A DNA stretch of 55,942 bases from an uncultured Anaerolineales bacterium (GCA_964653835.1 CAZZFZ010000001.1:19746-75687); one strand, 5' to 3'. Positions 42,047 to 51,822 are shown, counted from the stretch's first letter. Program-made: numbers and translations. The notes: a model not told the origin generated them from the letters alone.

Positions 42047-44833
42047 ATGGGAGCGTTTATAGTGGAGAAAATACAGGTTTCTTTAACGGTAAACGGCCAG
42101 CCGGTTAAGGCGGAAGTGCCCCCGAAGATGAACCTGATGAAGTTCTTGCGGCGCTACTTGGGGTTGACGGGCACGAAGAACGGTTGTGATAGCGGACATT
42201 GCGGCGCCTGCACGGTGATCGTCGATGGCAAGGCGCGCCGCGCCTGCCTGGTGCGCATGGAGAAGGCGGACGGCAGTCAGGTGGAGACCATCGAAGGGCT
42301 GGCCGCCAACGGGCGTTTGCACCCCCTGCAATACACCTTTGTGGAACACGACGCGGTGCAATGCGGCTATTGCACGCCAGGGATGATTATGGCCTCTAAA
42401 GCGCTGCTGGAGACCAACCCCGCGCCTACAGAGGAAGAGATCAAAACGTTTCTTAAACAGAACAATAATCTCTGCCGTTGCACCGGCTATTTGCAGATCT
42501 TTGACGCCGTGCGCTCTGCCGGGGAGATACTCGCCCGCGGGGAGACGCCACCCCCGATCGAGCCGGAGGGCTATCAGGCGCGCGCCAGTCGTTTGCGGCG
42601 CGATGCCCTTGGCCTGGTCACCGGCTCCACGCTGTTCAGCGACGACCTCAACCTGGAGGAAATGCTGTATGGGAAAATCCTCTGGGCGGCCTATCCCCAC
42701 GCCGAGATCGTCCGTATGGATACCTCGGCGGCGGAGGCGCTGCCCGGTGTGGTGCGCGTCATCACCGCCGACGACATCCCCGGCAAGAATCAGACGGGCA
42801 TCGTCGAGCGCGATCAGCCTGCTCTGGCGGCGGACAAAGTCCGCTATATCGGCGACCCGGTGGCGGTGGTCTTCGCCGAAAGCGAGGAGATCGCCGAGCA
42901 GGCGATCGGCCTGATCGAAGTGGATTACCGCGTGCTGCCTGGCGTGTTTACCCCCGAGGATGCCGCTCGCTCCGACGCGCCCAAGATTCACGAGAAGGGC
43001 AACCTGGCGCACCATGCCGAGATCATCCGCGGAGACGTTGACGCTGCCTTTGCGCAGTGCGCCGTGGTGGTGGAAGGCGATTTCACCACCCCCTTCATCG
43101 AGCACGCTTTCCTGGAGCCGGAATCCGGCGTCGCCTATCCCACCGATGACGGCGGCATCGTACTCAAGATGGGTACGCAGAGCGCCTTTGATGTGCGCAG
43201 CCAGCTGGCCGACATCCTGGCGATGCCCGAAGAGAAGATCCGCGTGGTGCAAATGCCCATGGGTGGGGCCTTCGGCGGCAAGGAGGACCCGATCATCGAG
43301 CAGCACCTGGCGCTGGGCGCGCTGCTCACCGGTCGCCCGGTGAAAATCACCCTGACGCGCCCGGAATCCCTGCGGGTGCACGCCAAACGTCACCCGGCGT
43401 GGATGCACTTCAAAACCGGCGCCGATGCCGAAGGGCGCTTGCTGGCGATTGAGGCAAAAATCACCCTGGATGCCGGTGCGTATATGTCCCTGAGTTTCGA
43501 CGTTCTGGAAAACACCCTGGTCTTCGCCGCCGGGCCGTATTTCGTCCCCAACCTGCGGCTGGAGGGCTGGGCCTGGCACACCAACAACGTGCTGGCAGGG
43601 GCGATGCGCGGCTTCGGCGTCAACCAGGTGGCCGTCGCCCTGGAACAGCAAATTGACGAGATCGCCCGCAGGCTGGGCATGGATCCTTTTGACATCCGTT
43701 TGCTCAACGGGCTGGATGTCGGCCTGCCCACCGCTGCCGATCACGTGCTCACTGAAGGCGTGGTCTCCATCAAAGAGACGGTTGAGGCCGCCCGTCAAGC
43801 GTTCCAGCAACTTGACCTGCCCGCGGTCAACGGGACGAAGAAGCTCGGCATCGGCGTGGCCTCGGCGGTCAAGAACATTGGCTTTGGGCACGGCCTGCCC
43901 GAAAAGGCGGGGGCCATCGCCGAACTGGCCAGCGACGGCAGCGTCACCCTGCGGCACAGCCAGCATGAATACGGCCAGGGGGCGCAGGTGGGCATCGCTC
44001 AACTGGTCTCGATGGAGCTGGGCGTGCCGATCGCTGATATCGAGGTCATCGGGCCGGACACCGCCCGCACACCGCCGACCGGACCGACCACCGCCTCGCG
44101 GCAGACCTTTATGACCGGCAACGCGGTGGTGATGGCTTGTCGCGCCCTCAAGGAAGAGGTGTTCAGCCGCGCCGCGGAACTGCTCGATCAGGAGCCAAGC
44201 CGCCTGCGCCTGGAGGGGAGCAGAGTGATCGACTCGGAGAGCGGGCGTTCGATCGAGCTGGCAGAGATCGGCGATCGCTTCGTTGTTGAGCGCGTTTACG
44301 AACCGTCGAAGTCGGCCCCATTGCTCGAAGGGGAACCCAGCCATTACGGTCAGCCAGATTTCGAATCCCGCCCGACGCACTGGTGCTATGCCTACAACAC
44401 CCAGGTGGCCGTGGTGACGGTGGACACGCGCACCGGTCAGGTGGACGTGCTCAAGGTGATCTCCGCCAACGACCTGGGCAACGTCATCAATCGGGCTGCG
44501 GTGCTGGGGCAAATCCACGGTGGGGTGATGATGGGGTTGGGTTACGCCCTTTCGGAGAAGTTCGTCGTCGAGCAAGGGTACAACCTCACCGATACGCTGC
44601 GCAAGTGTGGCGTGCCTGGCCCGGATATGGCCCCGGAGATCATCCCCGCGCTGGTGGAGGTGCCGCACCCTGAGGGGCCGCGCGGCGCTAAAGGCTTTGC
44701 CGAAGCGCCCTCGCTGGCGACCGCGCCGGCGATCCTCAACGCCATCTACGACGCCGTCGGCGTGCGCATTCGCGATCTGCCAGCCGAGAAAAAACGCGTG
44801 CTCGCCGCCTTGAAGGCTGCTGAATCGTCCTGA
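42047..44833 (+). CDS. Fused [2Fe-2S] + molybdopterin aldehyde-oxidoreductase-type Mo hydroxylase (Mop-like, no FAD domain)
   Basis: 928 aa. N-terminal 'CDSGHCGACTV', 'CGYCTPGM' and 'CRCTGY', then an XDH-family body with 'GAMRGFGVNQ' and 'AKGFAEAP'. The start could instead be GTG 42062. Confidence 0.92.
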   Translation: MGAFIVEKIQVSLTVNGQPVKAEVPPKMNLMKFLRRYLGLTGTKNGCDSGHCGACTVIVDGKARRACLVRMEKADGSQVETIEGLAANGRLHPLQYTFVEHDAVQCGYCTPGMIMASKALLETNPAPTEEEIKTFLKQNNNLCRCTGYLQIFDAVRSAGEILARGETPPPIEPEGYQARASRLRRDALGLVTGSTLFSDDLNLEEMLYGKILWAAYPHAEIVRMDTSAAEALPGVVRVITADDIPGKNQTGIVERDQPALAADKVRYIGDPVAVVFAESEEIAEQAIGLIEVDYRVLPGVFTPEDAARSDAPKIHEKGNLAHHAEIIRGDVDAAFAQCAVVVEGDFTTPFIEHAFLEPESGVAYPTDDGGIVLKMGTQSAFDVRSQLADILAMPEEKIRVVQMPMGGAFGGKEDPIIEQHLALGALLTGRPVKITLTRPESLRVHAKRHPAWMHFKTGADAEGRLLAIEAKITLDAGAYMSLSFDVLENTLVFAAGPYFVPNLRLEGWAWHTNNVLAGAMRGFGVNQVAVALEQQIDEIARRLGMDPFDIRLLNGLDVGLPTAADHVLTEGVVSIKETVEAARQAFQQLDLPAVNGTKKLGIGVASAVKNIGFGHGLPEKAGAIAELASDGSVTLRHSQHEYGQGAQVGIAQLVSMELGVPIADIEVIGPDTARTPPTGPTTASRQTFMTGNAVVMACRALKEEVFSRAAELLDQEPSRLRLEGSRVIDSESGRSIELAEIGDRFVVERVYEPSKSAPLLEGEPSHYGQPDFESRPTHWCYAYNTQVAVVTVDTRTGQVDVLKVISANDLGNVINRAAVLGQIHGGVMMGLGYALSEKFVVEQGYNLTDTLRKCGVPGPDMAPEIIPALVEVPHPEGPRGAKGFAEAPSLATAPAILNAIYDAVGVRIRDLPAEKKRVLAALKAAESS

Positions 44834-44885
44834 GCCACATGGTAAAATGGCGCAATTCAATCCATTTTGCCCTCAGGAGGTTCTC

Positions 44886-45320
44886 ATGGATAAGTTTATG
44901 CAGGCAGCCATTGAGGAGGCGCGCAAAGGTCAGCGCGCCGGCGGTATCCCCATTGGTTCGGTGCTGGTCAAGGATGATCAAATCGTCGGGCGGGGGCACA
45001 ACCGCCGCGTGCAGGATGGCGATCCGATCATGCATGCCGAGATCCATTGCCTGCAAAACGCTGGGCGCGTGGGTAGTTATGCGGGTACCACGCTGTACTC
45101 CACCCTGATGCCGTGCTACCTGTGCGCTGGCGCGGTGGTGCAGTTCGGCATCAAGAAAGTGATCGTTGGGGAGGGGGAGACCTTTGATGGCGCGGAGGAG
45201 TTCATGCGCGCCCACGGCGTGGAGGTCATCAACCTCGATCTGGATGAATGCAAGCAGATGATGTACGCTTTTATTGAAAACAATCCCAAACTGTGGTCCG
45301 AAGACATCGGCGAGCTATAA
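44886..45320 (+). CDS. CDA-fold zinc deaminase (yeast Fcy1-type cytosine deaminase / guanine deaminase-like)
   Basis: 'HAEIHCLQNAG' (HAE) and 'PCYLCAGAV' (PCxxC) zinc motifs. 'TLYSTLMPC' and 'IKKVIVGE' parallel Fcy1. AGGAGG precedes ATG 44886. Confidence 0.9.
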   Translation: MDKFMQAAIEEARKGQRAGGIPIGSVLVKDDQIVGRGHNRRVQDGDPIMHAEIHCLQNAGRVGSYAGTTLYSTLMPCYLCAGAVVQFGIKKVIVGEGETFDGAEEFMRAHGVEVINLDLDECKQMMYAFIENNPKLWSEDIGEL

Positions 45321-45323
45321 TCT

Positions 45324-46358
45324 ATGCGTGACATACTGCCGCAGATCCGTGAGTGGCTGGCGCGCGGCGAGCGCGTCGCCCTGGCGACGGTGATCCGTAC
45401 CTGGGGGTCGTCGCCGCGCCCGGTGGGGGCGCACATGGCGATCAACGCCGCGGGCGAGATCGCCGGTTCGGTCAGTGGCGGGTGTGTGGAAGGGGCAGTC
45501 GCCGAGGCGGGGCTGGAAGCGCTGCAAAGCGGTCGGCCACGTCTGTTGCATTTCGGCGTGGCGGATGAGACCGCCTGGTCGGTGGGGCTTTCCTGCGGCG
45601 GCCAGATTGATGTTTTTGTGTGTGAATTGTTGGGGGAGCAGGTGGATGGATGGGAGGCGCGGTTGCGCTCCGGGGATCGTTTCGCCGTCGCCACGCTGAT
45701 CCGCGGCCCGCAGGAATGGCTGGGGTACAGTTTCTTCCTGGATGGGGAGGGGATACCCTCTTCCGACCTTCCCGCGTTCCTGCAACCCTGGGATGATGCT
45801 GTTCCCGAGGGGAGGTTATCCCCGCATGGCGCGCAAGAGATTGATGTGCGGGGAGCGACGCTTTTCGTCAACTGGCAGGAGCCGCCGTTGAAGTTGATCG
45901 TCGTGGGCGGCGTACACATCGCCATCCCCCTGGTGACGCTGGCAAAAACGCTGGGCTACCATACCGTGGTGGTGGATCCGCGGCGTATGTTCGGCAGCGC
46001 GGCGCGCTTTCCCCGTGTGGATGAGTTAATCACGGCGTGGCCGCAGGACGCGCTGGAGCAGACAGGCATCACGGCGGGAACGGCGGTAGCCATGCTCACT
46101 CACGATCCCAAGATTGATGATCCGGCTTTGGTAGTCGCCTTGCGCAGCCCGGCGTTCTACGTCGGCGCGCTGGGTAGCCGGAAGACTCACCAGAAGCGGC
46201 GGGCGCGGCTGCTCAAGGCGGGGTTGACCACCGCCGAGCTCGACCGCCTGCACGCGCCCATCGGACTCGACCTGGGCGGGCGCGCCCCTGAGGAGATCGC
46301 CCTAGCCGTGATGGCCGAGATCGTCCAGGCGCGTTATCGAGGCGACGGCAGACGGTAG
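45324..46358 (+). CDS. xdhC: XdhC/CoxI-family molybdenum cofactor insertion chaperone
   Basis: 'ALATVIRTWGSSPRPVGAHMAI...G...GSVSGGCVE' at the N-terminus. C-terminal Rossmann-like 'LIVVGGVHIA' and 'AFYVGALGSR'. Confidence 0.9.
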   Translation: MRDILPQIREWLARGERVALATVIRTWGSSPRPVGAHMAINAAGEIAGSVSGGCVEGAVAEAGLEALQSGRPRLLHFGVADETAWSVGLSCGGQIDVFVCELLGEQVDGWEARLRSGDRFAVATLIRGPQEWLGYSFFLDGEGIPSSDLPAFLQPWDDAVPEGRLSPHGAQEIDVRGATLFVNWQEPPLKLIVVGGVHIAIPLVTLAKTLGYHTVVVDPRRMFGSAARFPRVDELITAWPQDALEQTGITAGTAVAMLTHDPKIDDPALVVALRSPAFYVGALGSRKTHQKRRARLLKAGLTTAELDRLHAPIGLDLGGRAPEEIALAVMAEIVQARYRGDGRR

Positions 46359-46388
46359 ACCGCGGACGGCTGTCTGTTGTCCGTGGTC
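46358..46388. terminator. Hairpin between convergent xdhC and the acyl-CoA synthetase gene
   Basis: GACCGCGGAC (46358-46367) pairs with GTCCGTGGTC (46379-46388), 10 bp including one G-U pair. Confidence 0.55.
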
Positions 46389-46411
46389 TATCATCCGTCG
46401 TTGGCGATCAT

Positions 46412-48370
46412 TTACCTCGCCCGTTTGATTTCCTCCACCGCCTCCGGGTTGACCAGCGAGGATGTGTCGCCCAGATCCAGCCCTAAATAAGCAGCTCGCA
46501 CCATGCGGCGCATCACCTTGGCGTTGCGCGTCATCGGCAGCGCGCCGACGAAGAGCACTTCTTTGGGGGCGAAGGATTTACCCATCGCTTTGGCAACCAG
46601 TTGGCGTAACTCGGCGCGCAGCGCGTCATCTGGCTCTGCTTCGGGGTGCAGCACGCAGAAGGCGACGATGGCGTTGCCCTTGAGTTCGTCGGGGACGCCC
46701 ACGGCGGCGGCTTCTACCACCTGGGGGTGCCCCACCAGCACCGATTCCACCTCCGCCGGGCCGAGGCGCTTTCCGGCTACTTTAATGGTGTCATCGGAGC
46801 GACCCAACACGTACCACTGCCCGTCAGGGTCGCGGCGTGCCCAATCGCCGTGCACCCACACGTCCGGCCAGCGCGACCAGTAGGTCTGGATGTAGCGTTC
46901 GGGGTCTTTCCAGAAGCCGCGCGTCATCCCGATCCAGGGGGTTTTGATCACCAGTTCGCCCACTTCGCCGACGATGGATTGGCCGTACTCGTCGAGCACG
47001 TCGGCGGCCACGCCGGGGCAGGGGCCGGGGAAGCTGCACGGCTTGATCGGCAGCAGCGGGTTGCCCATCAGGATGCCGCCGGAAAGCTCGGTGCCCCCCG
47101 TGTAGTTGATGATGGGGATCTTCCCCTCGCCGACCTCCTCAAAGAGCCACAGCCAGGGGTCGTCGTTCCACGGTTCGCCAGTGGAGCCGACCATGCGAAG
47201 GCTGGAGAGATCATGGGCTTTGACCAGCGCCTCGCCGTGCGGCATCAGGGCGCGGATCAGCGAAGGGGAAAGCCCCAGCTTGTTGATGCGGTGTCGCTCA
47301 ATCAGCGCCCAGAGTCGATCCGGGGCGGGGTAGTCCAGCGCGCCGTCGTACAGGAAGCCGGTGGATTGCAGCAACAATGGGCCAAAGATCATCCACGGGC
47401 CGAGCATCCAGCCCATATCGGTGATCCAGTAGATGACCTCCTCGGGGTGCAGATCCATGCCAAAGGCCACGTCCTGGGTCGCCTTGACCGGGAATCCGCA
47501 ATGGGTGTGGACGGCCCCTTTGGGGCGACCTGTGGTCCCCGAGGTATAAATCACCATAATCACGTCTTCGGCGGAGGTTTGCTCGGTGGGGGCTTCCTCA
47601 GCCTGAGCGGGGATCAAGTCGTGCCACCAGTGGTCGCGGCCGGGCGTCATGGGGGCCTGTCCGTCCAGCCGTTGCAGGACGATCATGTGTTCCAGGTGAG
47701 GGAGCTGTTTGGCAGCCTCATCGGCCACGGCTTTGATGTGGATTGTTTTGCCGCGGCGGTAGAATCCGTCGGCGGTGAACAGCGCTTTGGCCTCGGTGTC
47801 GGCCAGGCGGGTGACCACCGGGTTGACGCCAAAGCCGGAGAAGAGCGGGACGATGATCGCGCCGATCTTGGCGATCGCCAACAGCGCGGCGGCGATCTCA
47901 GGTGTCATCGGCATGAAGATGCCTACCGCGTCGCCCTTGCCGACTCCCAGGGAGCGCAGCGCGTTGGCGGCCTGGTTGGTCAGGCGGTAAAGTTCGCCGT
48001 AGGTGATGTTGCGGGTTACCTCCTCCTCGCCCTCCCAGATGAAGGCGATCTTCTCCTCCGTGGGGGTGCCGATGTATTTATCCAGGCAGTTGTGGACGAT
48101 GTTCATTTTCCCGTCCACGCACCAGCGGGGCCATTGGATGCCTTTGGAGAGATCAACCACCTGCGTGTAGGGCTGGTAAAAGCGGATGTCGAGGAATTTA
48201 AGCAGCGCGTCGGTGTACCAGGCCACATCCTCGGTGGAGCGGCGCATCAGCTCGTCGAAATCGGCGATGCCGTGTTGTCGCATGAAGCGCGTCAGGTTGG
48301 CCTGCTGGACGTGCTCCGGGGTGGGCTGCCAGGCGAAATCGCCGCGGTCAACAGGAACAAGAGTTGTCAT
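46412..48370 (-). CDS. AMP-forming acyl-CoA synthetase (acetyl-CoA synthetase-like, 652 aa)
   Basis: AMP-binding signature 'VIYTSGTTGRPKGAVHTH', 'TGD.A..D.DG......GR.DD.IK..G.R', and the C-terminal 'LP.TR..K..RR'. Confidence 0.92.
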   Translation of the reverse strand: MTTLVPVDRGDFAWQPTPEHVQQANLTRFMRQHGIADFDELMRRSTEDVAWYTDALLKFLDIRFYQPYTQVVDLSKGIQWPRWCVDGKMNIVHNCLDKYIGTPTEEKIAFIWEGEEEVTRNITYGELYRLTNQAANALRSLGVGKGDAVGIFMPMTPEIAAALLAIAKIGAIIVPLFSGFGVNPVVTRLADTEAKALFTADGFYRRGKTIHIKAVADEAAKQLPHLEHMIVLQRLDGQAPMTPGRDHWWHDLIPAQAEEAPTEQTSAEDVIMVIYTSGTTGRPKGAVHTHCGFPVKATQDVAFGMDLHPEEVIYWITDMGWMLGPWMIFGPLLLQSTGFLYDGALDYPAPDRLWALIERHRINKLGLSPSLIRALMPHGEALVKAHDLSSLRMVGSTGEPWNDDPWLWLFEEVGEGKIPIINYTGGTELSGGILMGNPLLPIKPCSFPGPCPGVAADVLDEYGQSIVGEVGELVIKTPWIGMTRGFWKDPERYIQTYWSRWPDVWVHGDWARRDPDGQWYVLGRSDDTIKVAGKRLGPAEVESVLVGHPQVVEAAAVGVPDELKGNAIVAFCVLHPEAEPDDALRAELRQLVAKAMGKSFAPKEVLFVGALPMTRNAKVMRRMVRAAYLGLDLGDTSSLVNPEAVEEIKRAR

Positions 48371-48400
48371 GGCATCCTCCTTTGGTATAAGCCGGGTGGA

Positions 48401-49498
48401 TTAAGGTTTTTCTGCCTGCAAAGCGTATACGCTGCCTTCTACGTCGCTGAGGAGGACCCAGGCCCCCTGAATGCTCAGGGTGTCGGGAGCGATGATGCCT
48501 GTGGCAAAACGCCCGACGGCCTGGCCGGTTTGGACGTCGATGGCGAGCAGCTCTCCATCGGCGGTGAGGGCGAAAAGCTGATCCCGGCGCAGGAGCGGGG
48601 GTGCGTGAAGGTTGGAGAGGGGGAAGTTCCATTGCTGCTGACCGTCGTCGGCAACCCAGGCGTTGATCTCGCCCTCGCCCCAGGTGATGACAATTTCGCC
48701 TGCCCCGATGACGCCTTTCGTCCCCTCGGGGGGAGTGTTCTCCCAAAGGGTTTCTCCGGCGGCGAGGTCGAAGGCGCGCAGCGCCTCCGTTGTCAGCGTC
48801 AGGACGGCGGCGCGGGTGGCGACCAGTGTGGTAGGGGGTTGCTTCAGGGCGACGCGCCAGCGCAGGACACCGTCCGCCGCGCCGAGTGCGTAGAGCCAGT
48901 GAGAATTGCCCTGCGCCGCGCTGAAGAGCACCAGATCGCTGGCGCGAACCGGCGTGTCAATCGCCGCGCCGGGGAGGTCGAAGCGCCACAGGGTTTCTCC
49001 GTTGGCGGCGTTGAGGGCGTAGAGCACGCCCCCGACGTTGGGGGGCGCGGCGTTGGCGGCGGCGAAGATCACGTAGCGATCCACCAGTGGGGCGCGCTGC
49101 ACTTCGCCCTCAAGGGCGATTTCCCATTCCGTGACCCCGCGGCGCGTTCCCAGCGCCAGCAAGCGACCCTGTGCCCCGGCGAGCAGGACCGAATCCAGGG
49201 TGGTGGTCAGGCTTTCACGCCATAAATGCGCCGGGGTTTCCAGCTGCCAGCGCTCCTCGCCGGTTTGCAGGTCAAAGGCCTGGAGCGCGCCGGTTTGCGG
49301 CAGGACGACCACGATGTTCTTGAGGATTTGCGGTGGGCGGCTGAGCGCGGCGGCGTTGGTTTGCGTCCATGCCGCGGATAGGGCATTGATGTTAATCCCC
49401 TGCGCGTTTTGTGCGGGCGTGCATGCGGCGAGGAGGGGGAGGAGCAGGATAAGCAGCCAGCGGATGAGCGTGGCTAGCGGGAGGGTCACTTCTCCCAT
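48401..49498 (-). CDS. PQQ-like (BamB-type) beta-propeller repeat lipoprotein
   Basis: Signal/lipobox 'LLPLLAAC'. Repeated 'G...W.......' blades such as 'LQTGEERWQ', 'ANGETLWRF', 'ADGVLRWR' and 'AAGETLWEN'. Confidence 0.8.
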   Translation of the reverse strand: MGEVTLPLATLIRWLLILLLPLLAACTPAQNAQGININALSAAWTQTNAAALSRPPQILKNIVVVLPQTGALQAFDLQTGEERWQLETPAHLWRESLTTTLDSVLLAGAQGRLLALGTRRGVTEWEIALEGEVQRAPLVDRYVIFAAANAAPPNVGGVLYALNAANGETLWRFDLPGAAIDTPVRASDLVLFSAAQGNSHWLYALGAADGVLRWRVALKQPPTTLVATRAAVLTLTTEALRAFDLAAGETLWENTPPEGTKGVIGAGEIVITWGEGEINAWVADDGQQQWNFPLSNLHAPPLLRRDQLFALTADGELLAIDVQTGQAVGRFATGIIAPDTLSIQGAWVLLSDVEGSVYALQAEKP

Positions 49499-50454
49499 TG
49501 ACTGACCTCATCAAGACGGCTTTTTTCCTCGGGGGTCAGGGCGACGCGAATCGCCCCGAGGTTGTCTTCCAGTTGAGCGAGTGTGCGCGGGCCGATGATC
49601 GGGCTGGTGATGAGCGGGTCGGCCAGCAGCCAGGCCAGGGCGACCTGCGAGGGGCTGGCCTCGTGCGCTTTTGCGATCTCCTCGATTGCTGCCAGGATCT
49701 TCCAGCCGTGCTCGTTGAAGTAGCGCCGCTTGATCCCGTCGGCGCGCACGCTTTCGGGTATGGGATCTTCGGGGCGGTATTTACCGGTCAGGAAGCCGCC
49801 GCCCAGCGGGGAGTAGGGCAGCACGCCGATGCCGTAGACGCGACAGACCTCGGCCAGCTCGCGCTCGAAATCGGCGCGGTGCGCCAGGTTGTAGTGCGGT
49901 TGCAGCGAGTCGTAGCGCGCCAGGTTGAGTCGTTCAGAAGTCCATAGCGCCTGCATCAGCCGCCAGGCGGGATAGTTGGACGCGCCGATATAACGCACTT
50001 TCCCCTGACGCACCAGGTCATCCAGGGCGCGCAGCGTCTCTTCAATGGGGGTTTGTTCATCGTACCAGTGGGTTTGATACAGGTCAATGTAATCCGTCCC
50101 CAGGCGACGCAGCGAGGCCTCCACGGCGTGCAGGATGTGGTGGCGGGAAAGCCCTTCGGCGTTGGGGTCTGACCCCATGCGCCCACGTACTTTTGTGGCG
50201 ATGATGACCTGGTCGCGCGGCACGTTGAAGCGGCGCAGCCACTTTCCGATAATATCTTCGGCCACGCCGCCGGGGTTGCCCTCCACCCAGTGGGAGTAAA
50301 TATCGGCGGTGTCAATGAAGTTGATCCCCGCGGCGTAAGCGGCGTTGAGGATTTCAAACGAAAGGGCTTCGTCCGCCGTCCAGCCAAACTGCATCGTCCC
50401 CAGGCAGATTTCGGAGACTTTCAGGCCGGTGCGTCCGAGGTTGCGATAATTCAT
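49486..50454 (-). CDS. Aldo/keto reductase
   Basis: '[18 protein letters not shown]', '[11 protein letters not shown]', 'ATK', 'DYIDLYQ.H' and '[10 protein letters not shown]' are classic AKR motifs. Confidence 0.92.
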   Translation of the reverse strand: MNYRNLGRTGLKVSEICLGTMQFGWTADEALSFEILNAAYAAGINFIDTADIYSHWVEGNPGGVAEDIIGKWLRRFNVPRDQVIIATKVRGRMGSDPNAEGLSRHHILHAVEASLRRLGTDYIDLYQTHWYDEQTPIEETLRALDDLVRQGKVRYIGASNYPAWRLMQALWTSERLNLARYDSLQPHYNLAHRADFERELAEVCRVYGIGVLPYSPLGGGFLTGKYRPEDPIPESVRADGIKRRYFNEHGWKILAAIEEIAKAHEASPSQVALAWLLADPLITSPIIGPRTLAQLEDNLGAIRVALTPEEKSRLDEVSQWEK

Positions 50455-50472
50455 CTTGCCTCCTGTGGTTGT

Positions 50473-51822
50473 TTATTCCATTCTACCATTTTCAGCGGTT
50501 CGCAAGTCCGCCATCACGCCTCGGCTGCGCCACCACAACCAGGCGGTTTGCACCCCCATGCCCAGCGTGTAGGCCAGCATGGCGACGTACAACCCGGTGA
50601 AAGCGCCCCAGGCCACGCCAATGACCAGGGCTGCTCCGGTGGCGATCAGGAAGATAACCACGGCCTCGGTGATGGCGCGCGTTTCGCGGCTGTTCAGGAT
50701 TGCTCCCTGATACCAGCTTTGCAAAGCGGCGAAGCCGGGGAGCAGCAGCCCGAACCACAGGCCCTGGTGCGCCAGCGCGCTCAACGGCTCGGAGAGCGCC
50801 GTCACCCGGCGCAGCCAGAAGTCGGCCAGCGGGGTGGCGACTAGGATGAACTGCAGGCCGACGACGAGTGCTGTCAGCCAGCCGGTGAAGCGTCGCAGGC
50901 GGGCGTAGGCGTTAGGGCGTTCGAGCAGGGCGACGACCACCTCGTTGTAGGCCACGCCTGTGCTGCGGAATACGAAGCTCAGGCCGATGACCACCGGCCA
51001 CACGGCCAGCGATTCGAGCGCCTGGGGCATGCGGCTGATCGCCGCGCTGCCCATCGGTTGGATGAACAGTGCCAGCAGGGAAGTGGTTGCTAGAGGAATG
51101 TAAAACTGCAGGAACATCGAGCGGGTGAGGGGCGGCTCTACAGGCGGAGCGGTGCGCAGTGGCCCTTTGACCACCGGGCGGGCGGCCAGCCCGGCGAAGT
51201 TCGCCTCGCTGACCACGCCGGTCGCCACCGCCCCTGTGGCGACCACGATGCCGGGGATGTTCTTGAGGTAGAGGCCCAGCGTGAGCACGCTGACATCCGC
51301 CGTCAGGCGGATCGCCGTCCCCACGGTCACTGCCCAGGACTGGTTGAAGCGGATCATCACGCCTTGTTTGAAGCGCCGGTAAGCGATTGCCCACGTCCAG
51401 GGTAGCATGATGCGCAGGCCGACGCGGGCAGGTTCGACGATCTCGGCAGGCGCACCGATGATGCTTTCCACCACAAAATAGTAGAGCGGGGTGAAGGCGA
51501 TCAGAGCATGGAGGGTGGTCAGCGCGGCGCCGCCGAAGATCATATAGCGCCGCAATCTGTCATAGGAAGCCTGATCTTTGCTCAGCGCCGTGGAGGCCGC
51601 CAGCAGCATGATGATCGGCGATTCGATGATGAGCGCCAGGGGAAAGACCACGCCGCCGTAGGCCGCCAGGTGAATCTCCGGGTTCGCCAGGCGGGCGACG
51701 AAAATGCTCAGGGCGGGCAGCTCGGCGGCCATCAGCAGCCAGCTCCCGGCCAGGGGCAGCCAGGTGGTCAGAATCTCTCTAAAGGTGGGAGTGCTTTGAT
51801 TGGGATGTGTGGAGGTGGTCAT
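50473..51822 (-). CDS. Polytopic membrane protein, MATE/MOP-superfamily-like
   Basis: 449 aa with about 12 hydrophobic segments. The N-terminal layout resembles MATE exporters; this is an unverified family call. ATGA overlap with the upstream MFS gene. Confidence 0.65.
   Translation of the reverse strand: MTTSTHPNQSTPTFREILTTWLPLAGSWLLMAAELPALSIFVARLANPEIHLAAYGGVVFPLALIIESPIIMLLAASTALSKDQASYDRLRRYMIFGGAALTTLHALIAFTPLYYFVVESIIGAPAEIVEPARVGLRIMLPWTWAIAYRRFKQGVMIRFNQSWAVTVGTAIRLTADVSVLTLGLYLKNIPGIVVATGAVATGVVSEANFAGLAARPVVKGPLRTAPPVEPPLTRSMFLQFYIPLATTSLLALFIQPMGSAAISRMPQALESLAVWPVVIGLSFVFRSTGVAYNEVVVALLERPNAYARLRRFTGWLTALVVGLQFILVATPLADFWLRRVTALSEPLSALAHQGLWFGLLLPGFAALQSWYQGAILNSRETRAITEAVVIFLIATGAALVIGVAWGAFTGLYVAMLAYTLGMGVQTAWLWWRSRGVMADLRTAENGRME

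Noticed and set aside
42083-44860. 925-aa minus-strand ORF
   Set aside because: It is an exact antisense shadow of the Mop-like hydroxylase, which carries unambiguous 2Fe-2S and XDH-family motifs. The minus-strand product is Arg/Gly/His-rich low-information sequence.
9456-46358. Interpreting the catabolic supercluster as a mobile genomic island
   Set aside because: No integrase, transposase, tRNA target, direct flanking repeats or obvious compositional break is visible in the window. The two MITE-like copies do not bracket it symmetrically. They lie at 8.1 kb and 54.5 kb, with unrelated genes included between them.
46646-49225. Very long (859 aa) plus-strand ORF spanning two annotated minus-strand genes
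   Set aside because: It lies antisense to the acyl-CoA synthetase (clear AMP-binding signature) and to the PQQ-like lipoprotein. Its translation is Gly/Arg/Ala/His-rich with no recognisable motif, SD or hydrophobic core. It is a typical shadow ORF of GC-rich DNA.
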